Below are positions 10,413-19,873 of a stretch of 64,000 bases of DNA, piece by piece. The position numbers and the translations under genes were made by a program. Source of the stretch: Betaproteobacteria bacterium. Its GTDB lineage: Bacteria; Pseudomonadota; Gammaproteobacteria; Burkholderiales; SG8-41. The notes beneath the pieces were generated by a model, which was given only the letters and a program-made list of their open reading frames with translations, had not been told where the DNA came from and did no database searches. Where the stretch lies: assembly GCA_947486575.1 (NCBI GenBank), contig CANKUB010000011.1:4030-68029 (forward strand), given 5' to 3'. How positions within the stretch are numbered: position 1 is the first letter of the stretch; the number at the start of each line of letters is the position of its first letter.

Positions 10413-10436
10413 ATACTTAATGCCACCCTCATGCTA

Positions 10437-10485
10437 CGCACTTAAGTGGTGCTGTTTTAAGTGGTGTTGGCACTATTGTGGTGCA
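10437..10485. promoter_or_regulatory. Two tandem NtrC-type enhancer sites
   Basis: cGCACTtaagTGGTGCt (10437-10453) and gGCACTattgTGGTGCa (10469-10485). Both are GCAC-N9-GTGC dyads and their centres are 32 bp apart. Confidence 0.6.
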
Positions 10486-10665
10486 CACAAATTGGGCTAT
10501 TCGCGTTGCGGCTACGCTTGTCACGGGTTGGAAAAGCGCCGCCAGGCACGACAATTTGCGGCAAACTCAGCTTTCCGGCGCGGCTCATGCAGACCAAGGC
10601 AAACTTAGGGTGGCCGCTGCCGCCGTGCAGTTTGTTAGACTAGCGGCTCATTGTGAAAGCATCTT

Positions 10666-10905
10666 ATGAACAAGCAAATATTTGAAGATTTATCTAATAA
10701 AATCAATGGGTTGTTAAAGAACACCCCCGCTGCCGACGTGGAAAAAAATCTGCGCGCCCTGCTCTCGGCCACGTTTGCCAAGCTTGATCTCGTAACACGC
10801 GAGGAGTTTGACGTGCAGCGTGAGGTGCTGCTGCGCGCGCGCGAGAAAATCACCCAACTCGAAACGCGCCTGGCGGAATTGGAGCGGAGCACGCGCGCAC
10901 CGTGA
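10666..10905 (+). CDS. ubiK: UbiK/YqiC-family accessory factor (small coiled-coil protein)
   Basis: 79 aa: [73 protein letters not shown]. Confidence 0.75.
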   Translation: MNKQIFEDLSNKINGLLKNTPAADVEKNLRALLSATFAKLDLVTREEFDVQREVLLRAREKITQLETRLAELERSTRAP

Positions 10906-11063
10906 TGCACCGAATCTAGGCACCGCGTCGTACTACAGTATTGCTGCCGAGCCGCCGATAACCCTCATGCGGACGGCGAAATTGATGCAAAAGTCCCTCG
11001 GCTTTTGCCGAGTTAAATTCGCCGTTGCCGCCCGTGGCGCAGAAACGACAGCGAGAATTCAAC

Positions 11064-12266
11064 ATGCTAGTAGAAGACGTGAGTGTGATGGTGGTGGAAG
11101 ATGATGCCTTTCAGCGAAGGATGCTGGTGAGGATACTCACGGATATGGGCGTGAAAAAAATCGATCAAGCACCAGAGGGGAATAGCGCACTGAATATGCT
11201 GCTGGATCGCATTGAGCCGATTGATATCGTGATTTCCGATCTCGATATGCCGACGATGGATGGCATGGAGTTGATTCGCCATCTGGGCGCGCAGCAGTCC
11301 GTCGGTTCGGTGATCGTCACCAGCGGGCTTGATCCCAGCCTGATCAACTCGGTGGAAACCATGGCGCGCGCCTATGGCATTGATTTGCTCGGCGGCATCG
11401 AAAAGCCCGTCACGCAACCCAAGCTCGGTCGCCTCTTCAAACGATTTCTGCTCGAGGGCGCCAGCAAACAAGTGGGCGAAAGTGGCCCCACGTTCACGCT
11501 GGATGAAATTCGAGAAGGCATCGAATCGCTGGAATTTTATCCGTACTACCAGCCGAAAGTGGAGATTGCCACCGGCCGTGTGGTGGGCGCTGAGGCGCTG
11601 GTGCGCTGGCTACACCCGAAACACGGCGTAATTCTGCCCGCACATTTCATCCCGCAAATTGAAGAAGCGGATCTGGTGGATGAACTAACGTGGAATATTC
11701 TGGCCGGTGCGGCCACCCATTGCCGTCGCCTGCGCGAGCACGGTTTTGATATGAGCGTCGCGGTGAATCTATCGCTGAAATCGCTCACCAACACCGGCAT
11801 TGCCGAACGGGTGATGGAGATTCTGCGAGGCGCTGGCATAGAGCCGTGCCACATTATTCTTGAGGTGACCGAAACAGCGGCGATATCCAACGTCGGCCAC
11901 GTGCTGGAAAATCTTGCGCGGTTGCGCATGAAGGGTCTGGGCCTCGCGATTGATGACTACGGCACCGGGTACTCGTCGATGCAGCAGTTGTCACGCATTC
12001 CGTTTACCGAATTAAAAATTGACCGCTCGTTTGTGGCCGACGCTGCGCGACAGGAGCGGCTCAAAGTGATGGTCAGCGCCAGTCTCGACATGACACGCAA
12101 GCTGGGCCTTAAATCGGTGGCGGAAGGCGTGGAAAACCGCACCGATTGGGAACTGCTGGTGCGCTTGAAATGCGACATCGCGCAAGGTTATTTCATTGCC
12201 AAACCGATGCCGTACGAAGCGCTGTGCGAGTGGGTGCCCAATTGGGTATCGCCGCAGCATCGTTAA
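11064..12266 (+). CDS. Response regulator with EAL (c-di-GMP phosphodiesterase) output domain
   Basis: REC (VMVVEDDAFQRRM, IVISDLDMPTMDG, EKP) followed by EAL (YYQPKVEI...GAEALVRW, ILEVTE, LAIDDYGTGYSS, VAEGVE, QGYFIAKP). The start is uncertain: TTG 11025, ATG 11064 or ATG 11088. Confidence 0.88.
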   Translation: MLVEDVSVMVVEDDAFQRRMLVRILTDMGVKKIDQAPEGNSALNMLLDRIEPIDIVISDLDMPTMDGMELIRHLGAQQSVGSVIVTSGLDPSLINSVETMARAYGIDLLGGIEKPVTQPKLGRLFKRFLLEGASKQVGESGPTFTLDEIREGIESLEFYPYYQPKVEIATGRVVGAEALVRWLHPKHGVILPAHFIPQIEEADLVDELTWNILAGAATHCRRLREHGFDMSVAVNLSLKSLTNTGIAERVMEILRGAGIEPCHIILEVTETAAISNVGHVLENLARLRMKGLGLAIDDYGTGYSSMQQLSRIPFTELKIDRSFVADAARQERLKVMVSASLDMTRKLGLKSVAEGVENRTDWELLVRLKCDIAQGYFIAKPMPYEALCEWVPNWVSPQHR

Positions 12267-12317
12267 GGGTTTTGCCGCAGCTTGCGTTAAATCCAGTGGC
12301 GACAGCCCATCCAGCAT

Positions 12318-12662
12318 TCATGCTGTGGCCGCCTGCAAGTGAATCGTGTCTTGTGGCGTTGCTGGCTTTCCGTGCTTACGGATAGTGATATCCACATCGC
12401 AACCGAGCCGGATCAGCAGCCGCATCAAGCGCTCCAGGGACACTTCACGAAATTGCCCGTTAAGCAGCCGCGACACATCCGGCTGACTGAGCCCCATAGA
12501 CTGAGCTGATGCAACCTGGGTCAACGCCTGCGCAGTGATAGCCACTTGAATGCGGCTTACCAGTTTGGCTTTGAGCAAATGCATCTCGGCGTCGGCGTAG
12601 CCTAAATCCGCAAAAATATTTTTAGTGCCTCGCACGATGGCGGTCTCTTTATTTTTTGTCAT
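12318..12662 (-). CDS. XRE-family helix-turn-helix antitoxin (HigA-type)
   Basis: 114 aa. HTH core LTQVASAQSMGLSQPDVSRLLNGQFREVSLERLMRLL. ATGA overlap with the upstream toxin gene. Confidence 0.75.
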   Translation of the reverse strand: MTKNKETAIVRGTKNIFADLGYADAEMHLLKAKLVSRIQVAITAQALTQVASAQSMGLSQPDVSRLLNGQFREVSLERLMRLLIRLGCDVDITIRKHGKPATPQDTIHLQAATA

Positions 12663-13039
12663 GGTGTTTTACCTTCGACAAGTTGAGTTTTGTAGTCACT
12701 TTCAGCAGCCTTCAATCGCCGCCGAATCAGATCCAGGTCTTCGGTCGGGGTTTTGATTCCCGCTTTTGATTTTTTCTGGAATGCATGCAGCACGTAGATT
12801 GCGGTTGCGAACTTCACCGTATAAACCGCCCGAAACGTGTCGCCGACATGATCGGTAACGACCTCCAGCACACCCGCTCCGCCAAATCCTTTCAGTGGCT
12901 TCGCGCTGCCATGCTTCTCGCCAATCTGCGCTTGATACAGCGCATAGCCCATCGCGTCCTGTACGGGGTCGGGAAAGGCTCGAAAATCCTTATAGCTCGA
13001 AGCCACCCAGCTTACGGGTTTGATAAGGGTATCTGGCAC
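12659..13039 (-). CDS. RelE/ParE-superfamily toxin, phage Gp49-like (HigB-type)
   Basis: KPVSWVASSYKDFRAFPDPVQDAMGYALYQAQIGEKHGSAKPLKGFGGAGVLEVVTDHVGDTFRAVYTVKFATAIYVLHAFQKKSKAGIKTPTEDLDLIRRRLK matches the Gp49/DUF891 pattern. The order is toxin first. The start is uncertain (GTG 13039 chosen; the ORF is open to 13093). Confidence 0.7.
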   Translation of the reverse strand: MPDTLIKPVSWVASSYKDFRAFPDPVQDAMGYALYQAQIGEKHGSAKPLKGFGGAGVLEVVTDHVGDTFRAVYTVKFATAIYVLHAFQKKSKAGIKTPTEDLDLIRRRLKAAESDYKTQLVEGKTP

Positions 13040-13174
13040 GCCTGAAATATGGTGGAAGCACCATAAAAAGTCAAGAGGATCAAGTGGCGGCAAGCGCTGT
13101 GCGATCTCAGCTCGCCGGACTATCGCTGAATGCGTTTTAAAATATTCAATAAAAACAATAGGTTGTGAAACACC

Positions 13175-13930
13175 CTAAAGTGCCGCCAAACTCGCAGACA
13201 ACGCCGCAGACAATGCGGCAATCAGATTCGGCAAAAACACGGCGAACAGCACAATGCCGGTGAGTTCCGTGAGCGGAAAGCCCACGCTGAATAGATTCAG
13301 TTGCGGCGCGGCGCGGCTCATGACACCGAGCGTCAAGTTAATCACCAGCATGGTCGCCAGCACCGGCAACGAAATTTGCAACCCCAGTTGAAACAGCCCG
13401 GTACCAGTTGCAATCAACCGTTCCCAGCCCACGCCGGTGAAAAACTGCGTGCTGATGGGTAGCAGGTCAAAGCTGCGTGTAGCGGCGGCCAGCAACGCCA
13501 GGTGGCCATCCAGCGCAAGAAACAGCAGCGTGGTGAGCAGGTTCAAGAAGCTGCCGATCAGCGGCGTTTGATTCGAATTCACCGGATCAATGAACGAAGC
13601 GAACGAAAGCCCCATCTGCAGGCCAATAACGTTGCCCGCCATATCAACAGCGGCAAACACGACCTTGATGCCAAAGCCTATCAGCACGCCGGCCAGCATT
13701 TGTTGCAGCAGCAGCAAGGGTGCGGCGGCTGAAAAAATCGGCAGTGCTGGTTCCGTGGTGGCTGGCGCAACAATGATGGCTATCGCCAGCGCGAGACCAA
13801 TTTTTACGCGCGCCGGAATAACGCGATTACTCAATACCGGCGCTGACATGAACACGGCCAGCACGCGCACAAACGGCCAGAAGATGGCGGCGAGCCAGAG
13901 TTCCATCTGGCCCAGTGATACGGATAGCAC
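13175..13930 (-). CDS. fliR: Flagellar export gate protein FliR
   Basis: 251-aa polytopic membrane protein following fliQ, with typical FliR sequence (WPFVRVLAVFMSAPVLS). Confidence 0.9.
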   Translation of the reverse strand: MLSVSLGQMELWLAAIFWPFVRVLAVFMSAPVLSNRVIPARVKIGLALAIAIIVAPATTEPALPIFSAAAPLLLLQQMLAGVLIGFGIKVVFAAVDMAGNVIGLQMGLSFASFIDPVNSNQTPLIGSFLNLLTTLLFLALDGHLALLAAATRSFDLLPISTQFFTGVGWERLIATGTGLFQLGLQISLPVLATMLVINLTLGVMSRAAPQLNLFSVGFPLTELTGIVLFAVFLPNLIAALSAALSASLAAL

Positions 13931-13933
13931 GAT

Positions 13934-14203
13934 TCAGCTGACGGCGGTGCCGATACCGTTCAACACGCGCTGTATGTAATCGACAATCAGCGCCAGCATC
14001 CACGGCCCGGCGGCCACCAGCATTAAAAACATCGCCAGCAACTTGGGCAAAAAGCTCAGGGTCATCTCGTTAATCTGTGTAGCCGCCTGCAATACACTGA
14101 CCACCAACCCGACCACCAGCGCGGTAATCAGCAGTGGCGCCGACACCAGCACCGTGACATACAGCGCCTGCTGGCCGATGGTGATGACATCTTGCGCGGT
14201 CAT
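13934..14203 (-). CDS. fliQ: Flagellar export gate protein FliQ
   Basis: 89 aa: ...LVSAPLLITALVVGLVVSVLQAATQINEMTLSFLPKL... Confidence 0.93.
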   Translation of the reverse strand: MTAQDVITIGQQALYVTVLVSAPLLITALVVGLVVSVLQAATQINEMTLSFLPKLLAMFLMLVAAGPWMLALIVDYIQRVLNGIGTAVS

Positions 14204-14592
14204 GGCGCCTCACATCCTGCGGCGTACTGCTTTTGAACGCCCTTCAATGCGTCAAATAACTGATCCGGCGTAATGGGTTTGATCAACAAGCCGTTAAAGC
14301 CCGACGCCAACGGCGCTACTTCGCTGGACGCCAGCGCGGTGTACGCCACGACCCACACGCATTTGAGCGCCGGGTTGGCGCGTATGCGCAGGCATACCTC
14401 GTAGCCTGATATATCGGGCAGGCCGATGTCGAGCAACACAGCGTCAAAACGCGCTGCCGACAATTTGGCGAGGGCTTCTTCACCATTTTCGGCTTCTTCA
14501 CATTCCCAACCCTTTGCGCGCAGCACCCGGGCGGGCAAGCGGCGGTTGATGGGGTGATCGTCCACGATCAGAACACGGGGATTTCCAGACAT
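14200..14592 (-). CDS. Stand-alone CheY-like receiver protein encoded between fliP and fliQ
   Basis: 130 aa with all the receiver (REC) phosphorylation-pocket residues (LIVDDHP, VLLDIGLPDISG, VVAYTA, LLIKP). Its TGA overlaps the fliQ ATG (ATGA) and it starts 24 nt after the fliP stop. Confidence 0.85.
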   Translation of the reverse strand: MSGNPRVLIVDDHPINRRLPARVLRAKGWECEEAENGEEALAKLSAARFDAVLLDIGLPDISGYEVCLRIRANPALKCVWVVAYTALASSEVAPLASGFNGLLIKPITPDQLFDALKGVQKQYAAGCEAP

Positions 14593-14616
14593 CGTGTTGC
14601 TCCGGCTTTGTTTGAG

Positions 14617-15369
14617 TTATCCGCCGAAACTGGCAACCAGCGAGCCGGCGAGTAAATGCCAGCCGTCCGCCAGCACGAACAACATCAGTTTGAACGGCAG
14701 TGAGATCAGCACCGGCGACAGCATCATCATGCCCATCGACATCAACACACTGGCCACCACCAGATCGATAATCAGAAAGGGAATAAAAACCATAAAGCCA
14801 ATCTGAAACGCGGTTTTCAGTTCGCTGGTGACAAACGCTGGCACCACTACTCTTAACGGCAGCTCGCGCGCTTCCATGACTGGTGCTTGTTTCGACAGCC
14901 GCGTGAACAACGCCAGATCGTTCTCGCGCGTTTGCTTGAGCATGAATGACTTGATTGGCGGTTCAGCTTTTTCAAGCGCTTGATTAAACGTGATTTTTTG
15001 TTCGGACAGCGGCAGATAAGCCTGGCTGTAAATTTGATCAAGCACCGGCGACATCACGCTCAGCGTCAGAAATAGAGACAAGCCAATCAGCACCTGGTTC
15101 GGCGGTGATGCCTGAGTGCCCAGCGCCTGTCGCAGCAGCGACAGGACAATGATGATGCGCGTAAAACTGGTCATCAGCAGCAAAGCCGCCGGTAAAAATG
15201 TCAGCGCCGTCAGCGTGAGCAGCGTTTGCACCGGCACCGAGTACACCTGCCCGCCACCGGCTGCGGGTGTCGCGGTAACATCCAGTGCTGCCTGCGCCCA
15301 CGCGGGCTCGGCGGGTATCACTAGAGCAATCAGTGCTGCGAACGCAGCGATTAACTTAGCGTGGCGCAT
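14617..15369 (-). CDS. fliP: Flagellar export gate protein FliP
   Basis: Signal-like N-terminus ([26 protein letters not shown]) and conserved FliP blocks ([49 protein letters not shown]). An internal ATG at 15369 is preferred over the ORF start at 15414. Confidence 0.92.
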   Translation of the reverse strand: MRHAKLIAAFAALIALVIPAEPAWAQAALDVTATPAAGGGQVYSVPVQTLLTLTALTFLPAALLLMTSFTRIIIVLSLLRQALGTQASPPNQVLIGLSLFLTLSVMSPVLDQIYSQAYLPLSEQKITFNQALEKAEPPIKSFMLKQTRENDLALFTRLSKQAPVMEARELPLRVVVPAFVTSELKTAFQIGFMVFIPFLIIDLVVASVLMSMGMMMLSPVLISLPFKLMLFVLADGWHLLAGSLVASFGG

Positions 15370-15775
15370 GACCTGCCCTCGCTTTGTGCAGCAGCGCGGC
15401 AAAGCCACCTGCAAAATTGCTCACTGGCAAATCGGGAAGCTCACCTTTGGGCAGCGTGTGCAGCGTTTGTATGGTCTGCGCGGTAACACCCACCACCAGC
15501 CATGCAGCACCAGCTTCGACAATCATAATGCGTTCGCGCGGACCCACCGGCATCGCGGCGATGCGCCGTAGCATTGGTGTCGCATCGTGCCGTGGCACAC
15601 CCAATCCGATGCGCCGGGCAATCCATGCGGCAGCGAACACCAGCGCAATGACTACCGCGAGGCCGAACAGCATTTGCCCCATGCCGGTAACGGGCGTAGC
15701 GGCGCTTTGCGCGTATGCGGCCTGTGGCGCGTAAGTGAGGCCGCCGAATGCGGCAGTGATAGTCAGCGAACGCAT
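15356..15775 (-). CDS. fliO: Flagellar protein FliO
   Basis: 139 aa with a single TM ([20 protein letters not shown]), positioned between fliN and fliP. Confidence 0.75.
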   Translation of the reverse strand: MRSLTITAAFGGLTYAPQAAYAQSAATPVTGMGQMLFGLAVVIALVFAAAWIARRIGLGVPRHDATPMLRRIAAMPVGPRERIMIVEAGAAWLVVGVTAQTIQTLHTLPKGELPDLPVSNFAGGFAALLHKARAGHAPR

Positions 15776-16245
15776 CAGCGTTGCAGCCTGCGTATACGTT
15801 CTGATGGCGTCACGATGTCGGTCAGGCGAATACCGAATTTTTCATTGACTACCACCACTTCGCCCTGCGCGATCAGGCAGCCGTTCACCATCAGATCCAT
15901 CGGCTCACCGGCAAGGCCATCGAGCTCAATCACCGAGCCCTGCGCCATCGACAATACCTGCTTGATAGCCACACGGGTGCGGCCCAGCTCAACGGTCAAC
16001 TGCACCGGAATATCCAGTATTAAATCGATATCATGATGTGCGCCCTGTGTGCCATGGGGGGCGCGCGGCGCGGAAAACTGCTCAAACACCGGTTGCTTGG
16101 CCGCAGCCTGCATGGTCTGCGAAGGGGCATCCGCCGTCGATGTGCCGGACGCTGTAGCTGCAGCTTGTTCTGCCAGTGCTTCAGCCCACGGATCGGCTTC
16201 GGCTGGTGCTTGGACTTCGGCTTCTGTTTCCATGTTCACATCCAT
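15775..16245 (-). CDS. fliN: Flagellar motor switch protein FliN
   Basis: C-terminal SpoA domain: DIPVQLTVELGRTRVAIKQVLSMAQGSVIELDGLAGEPMDLMVNGCLIAQGEVVVVNEKFGIRLTDI. Confidence 0.93.
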   Translation of the reverse strand: MDVNMETEAEVQAPAEADPWAEALAEQAAATASGTSTADAPSQTMQAAAKQPVFEQFSAPRAPHGTQGAHHDIDLILDIPVQLTVELGRTRVAIKQVLSMAQGSVIELDGLAGEPMDLMVNGCLIAQGEVVVVNEKFGIRLTDIVTPSERIRRLQR

Positions 16246-16247
16246 AG

Positions 16248-17246
16248 TCAGGCACTCACGGTTTGTTCGTTCTCAAACGCCATCACGCGCTCGACCTTCA
16301 GCGCGTAGCGGCCATTCGATGTGCCAAAGCGGCACTCCAGAATCGGCACGCCTTCGATTTCAGCGCGTATTTTTCCCGGCACGTCCATTGAAATTACATC
16401 GCCGACCTTCAGCTTCATCAGATCCACCAGCGGTGTGCGCATGTGAGTCAATGGCGCGGTCAGTTGCACTTCGGCTTGTTGTACTTGCTGGGTAAGCATG
16501 CGTAGCCAGCGCTCGCTGGGGCCGGTGTCTCCAGCGGGGCGCGTGGTGGTCAGGGCATCGCGCAGTGGCTCCAGCGCGGAATACGGGACGCAAATATGCA
16601 GCGCCCCTTTGACATTGCCGAGTTCGATATTGAACGTTGAGGTCACCACCAGATCGCCGGGCGCCAGTATGTTGACGAATTGCGTTTGCATTTCCGAGCG
16701 CACGAATTCAAAGCTCAGCGGATGCACCGGCGCCCACGCGCGCTCGTAAACGGTGGTCACGATATTCAGCAGGCGTTCGATGATGCGTTGCTCCACCGGC
16801 GTGAAGTCACGGCCTTCGATTCGCATGTGATAGCGCCCGTCGCCGCCAAACAGGTGATCGACTGCGGTAAAAACCAGTTGCGGCTCCATTACCACCAGCC
16901 CGGTGCACGATAGCGACTTGATGTTGACGATATTCAGATTGATTGGTGTGGTCAGATTACTCAAAAACTCGCCGTACTTTTCCACGCGTGGTGTTTGCGG
17001 AGCGACATCGGGGCTGCGCCGGAGCAAATTCTGAATTTCACTCCGCACCAATCGTGCAAAGCGGTCATTGATAATGTCCAGCGTCGGCATGCGGCCGCGT
17101 ATGGAGCGCGGCGGATTCGCGAGATCGCACGGCCTTACGCCATCAATATCGTTCTGCGACTCGTCTGCCGGCGCGGGTTCGTCTGCACCGCTGTTGAGTA
17201 GCGCATCGACCTCGCTTTGCGACAGAATTTCGTTGGGCTTGGTCAT
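16248..17246 (-). CDS. fliM: Flagellar motor switch protein FliM
   Basis: 332 aa. The N-terminal LSQSEVDALL matches the CheY-binding motif, and a C-terminal SpoA-like region is present. Confidence 0.93.
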   Translation of the reverse strand: MTKPNEILSQSEVDALLNSGADEPAPADESQNDIDGVRPCDLANPPRSIRGRMPTLDIINDRFARLVRSEIQNLLRRSPDVAPQTPRVEKYGEFLSNLTTPINLNIVNIKSLSCTGLVVMEPQLVFTAVDHLFGGDGRYHMRIEGRDFTPVEQRIIERLLNIVTTVYERAWAPVHPLSFEFVRSEMQTQFVNILAPGDLVVTSTFNIELGNVKGALHICVPYSALEPLRDALTTTRPAGDTGPSERWLRMLTQQVQQAEVQLTAPLTHMRTPLVDLMKLKVGDVISMDVPGKIRAEIEGVPILECRFGTSNGRYALKVERVMAFENEQTVSA

Positions 17247-17257
17247 GTCACCTGAGG

Positions 17258-17746
17258 TTACTGAATGACAAATGCCGAAAAATGCATATCGAGCACACTC
17301 TTTTTCTGCGGTTCGCTTAGCGAGGCTCTGGCGTCTTCCAGAATCTCTTCGGTCAGCTTTTGTTTGCCTTCAAGGCTCGTCAGATCCGCCACAGTTTTAG
17401 AGGACAACCGCAGCAACACACGACTGCGAACGGCAGGCAACTGCGCCTTGATCGACTCAAGTATTTCGTTGGTTTCAACAGCGTAAACGACACCTACTTG
17501 CAGGTAGTTTTCGCTGCCGGAGAGATTGACCACAAACGGGTCCAGCGGCAGAAAGACGGGCAGCACTTTTTTCGCCGGTTCGGCATGACTTTCAGCCGCT
17601 TTGCCACGCATGCCGAAGTACCAGGCGGCCCCACCGCCGCCGCTGGCCAGCACCAGTGCTATGCCGACGATGAGCAGAAGTTTGCCCTTTTTCTTGGGTG
17701 CCGCCGCTTCTTTCTTGGGTGCTGCCGCCTCTTTTGCGCCTGACAT
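17258..17746 (-). CDS. fliL: Flagellar basal-body-associated protein FliL
   Basis: 162 aa with a Lys-rich N-terminus, one TM, then VFLPLDPFVVNL...YLQVGVVY. Confidence 0.88.
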   Translation of the reverse strand: MSGAKEAAAPKKEAAAPKKKGKLLLIVGIALVLASGGGGAAWYFGMRGKAAESHAEPAKKVLPVFLPLDPFVVNLSGSENYLQVGVVYAVETNEILESIKAQLPAVRSRVLLRLSSKTVADLTSLEGKQKLTEEILEDARASLSEPQKKSVLDMHFSAFVIQ

Positions 17747-17913
17747 GGGTGAACTCCGTGAGTGGTTGGAAAATCGCTGCTTCAGTCAACGGAATTATGG
17801 ATTTCCCTTGAGCCTGTTCATGCCCTGAGAAGGCAGGAAAAAGTCACGCACTTCGTCGCAGCGCGGTACTCGGGCACGTACCGCGGGCGCTATCGACGAC
17901 GGTGCTTCAGTGA

Positions 17914-19422
17914 TCAGGCGTAGAAATCGATTTGATTCGACGAGCGCAACGCAACGGGTGGCAGCGGCTGATTTGCCGCCAGGGTAGCGCTACCCTGGGC
18001 GTACGCGCGAGCGCGCGGCTGAGGTAAAGGCATGGGCGCTTGCTGTGCATCCTGGCCGTTACTGCCCACCGACGTGTGCCCCAGATGGATGCCGCCGCGC
18101 GCCAACTGCTCACGCAACTCCTGCAAGGCAGACCGAATGGCCGCACCGGCATCCGCATTGGCGACGGCAAAGGAAATGTCGGCGCGCTGATCAACCACTT
18201 GGATGCGAACGTCGACCGGCCCCAACTCGGCTGGGTTCAGTTGCAAAGCCGCGTTCGTGACGCCGTTGTTCAGCAACATTTGTACGCTGCCATTGAAAGC
18301 GGGTTTCCATTCGGCGCTGCCCAGTTGCGGCGTGATGTCCAGCGTAGGTATCCGGTTGTCGCTCGACGCGATCAGCCCCGGCGTGGTGGTTGCCAGCCCA
18401 AGGGTTTCACCCGCGCGATCCACCGCCGGCGGGCGCGCGAAGGAGCGGGCGTGCATGGAGAGTGCGGCGACCGCAGGCGTGATTTCCAACGCCTGCGCAT
18501 CGCCTTCCTCAGTCGCCGACATATCCTGGGGCGCGGCTGCGCGCTGGATTACTGGCGGCTTTATACCAATTCCAGTAAGCGCCTTTTCTGCGACAGGTAG
18601 CGCTACGCTGGCCGAGGCTGCTACACCGGCAGGCACGCTGTTGCGTGACGTATCTTCAGCGGGGCTACTTGCAGCGCTTGATTCTACTTCGGTAACATAT
18701 TGTTTATATTGCTTTTTTTCAATGCTTCTAGTCGGCGACACCTGTGCTTCTTTTAAGGATGGGGCGGTGATGACACCGGCCGCCGGGTTTACGCTGATGT
18801 TGCTTTCAGGGAGCGTCTGGTTCGCACTCACATCTATGCCTGGCGTGGGCGGCGTTTTGGCTGCCATGCGCTGAACATCGGCGTTAACGGCAGGTGCCGC
18901 CTGCCCTTGCGTCGTATCTTGCAGTGCTGACGCCGGTGTATCCGCCACAACAACAGGCAAGCCAGATGTAGCTGCGATTGCGTCGGACGGAACTGCTGTG
19001 TCAACAGCATCGGTGCTGCTGCGGATTGCCGATTCAGACGCAGCATCCAGAGCGCTATTGGCGACGGGCCGAACCTGCAGTTGTGCAAGCACCGACGCAA
19101 TAAGTGCCGTATCCACAGGTGCTTCGGCATCCTCACCGGGTGTGTCTGGTTCGCGTTCAGTATCGGCAGGTTTTGCGGTGCCATCAATGGGCGTCAGCAT
19201 GGGCGCGACACCGAATAGCCCCGCTTTATCATCAGGCGCGATCTCTTGCTTCAACGCCTGCTTCAACGTGCGGCCCTCCGCAGGCGGCTCTTGCGGCGCG
19301 GTGAGTTTACCCAGCACCAGTGCAAACGTGCCTGCGTCGGACGCAGGTTGGCCTTGACTGCTGGCAGGATTGTTTGTGGACGTTCCACGTGTCGCGTCGA
19401 GCGACTTAAGCGATGGGGTCAT
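17914..19422 (-). CDS. fliK: Flagellar hook-length control protein FliK
   Basis: Pro/Ala/Thr-rich disordered body and a C-terminal Flg_hook-type domain (LQLNPAELGPVDVRIQVVDQRADISFAVANADAGAAIRSALQELREQLARGGIHLG). The ATG at 19422 lies 1 nt after the fliJ stop. The longer ORF to 19620 would overlap fliJ. Confidence 0.85.
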   Translation of the reverse strand: MTPSLKSLDATRGTSTNNPASSQGQPASDAGTFALVLGKLTAPQEPPAEGRTLKQALKQEIAPDDKAGLFGVAPMLTPIDGTAKPADTEREPDTPGEDAEAPVDTALIASVLAQLQVRPVANSALDAASESAIRSSTDAVDTAVPSDAIAATSGLPVVVADTPASALQDTTQGQAAPAVNADVQRMAAKTPPTPGIDVSANQTLPESNISVNPAAGVITAPSLKEAQVSPTRSIEKKQYKQYVTEVESSAASSPAEDTSRNSVPAGVAASASVALPVAEKALTGIGIKPPVIQRAAAPQDMSATEEGDAQALEITPAVAALSMHARSFARPPAVDRAGETLGLATTTPGLIASSDNRIPTLDITPQLGSAEWKPAFNGSVQMLLNNGVTNAALQLNPAELGPVDVRIQVVDQRADISFAVANADAGAAIRSALQELREQLARGGIHLGHTSVGSNGQDAQQAPMPLPQPRARAYAQGSATLAANQPLPPVALRSSNQIDFYA

Positions 19423-19423
19423 G

Positions 19424-19873
19424 TCAGGTGTAACGCCGGTTATGCTGCACGCTGCGCGTGGCGAATTCGTCGGATTGTTTTTGCTCCTGCCGCTTCGCGT
19501 GCGCCTGGGCCACTGAAGCGCGCCGATTGCGCAACAGCTCCACGGCCTTGAGTTTGCGTAGCGACTCAAAGCAGTCCTTCTGCTGTAGCTCGACCGCCTT
19601 GCCCGCTTGCACAATGTCATGCTTCTGGCTGTGCAGCGCGAGCGACAATCGGCCCAGAAAGCGGTGGTAATTGCCCAGTGAGTCGGTACGAAAATGCGTT
19701 ACGCCGCGCAGCTTGTTGGCGTATTCGCCGCGATAATTGTCCAGTGTGGAAAACGTCGCTTCAGCCGACTGCAATCGCGCACGCGCACGCACCAGTTCCT
19801 GCTCCGCCGCCTGATGATTTTCAGCCGCACGCGCAATAACGATATCCAGCGCTGCCTGGTCAAGGGCACTCAT
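19424..19873 (-). CDS. fliJ: Flagellar export chaperone/stalk protein FliJ
   Basis: 149-aa coiled-coil protein between fliI and fliK, with a 4-nt overlap with fliI. Confidence 0.8.
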   Translation of the reverse strand: MSALDQAALDIVIARAAENHQAAEQELVRARARLQSAEATFSTLDNYRGEYANKLRGVTHFRTDSLGNYHRFLGRLSLALHSQKHDIVQAGKAVELQQKDCFESLRKLKAVELLRNRRASVAQAHAKRQEQKQSDEFATRSVQHNRRYT

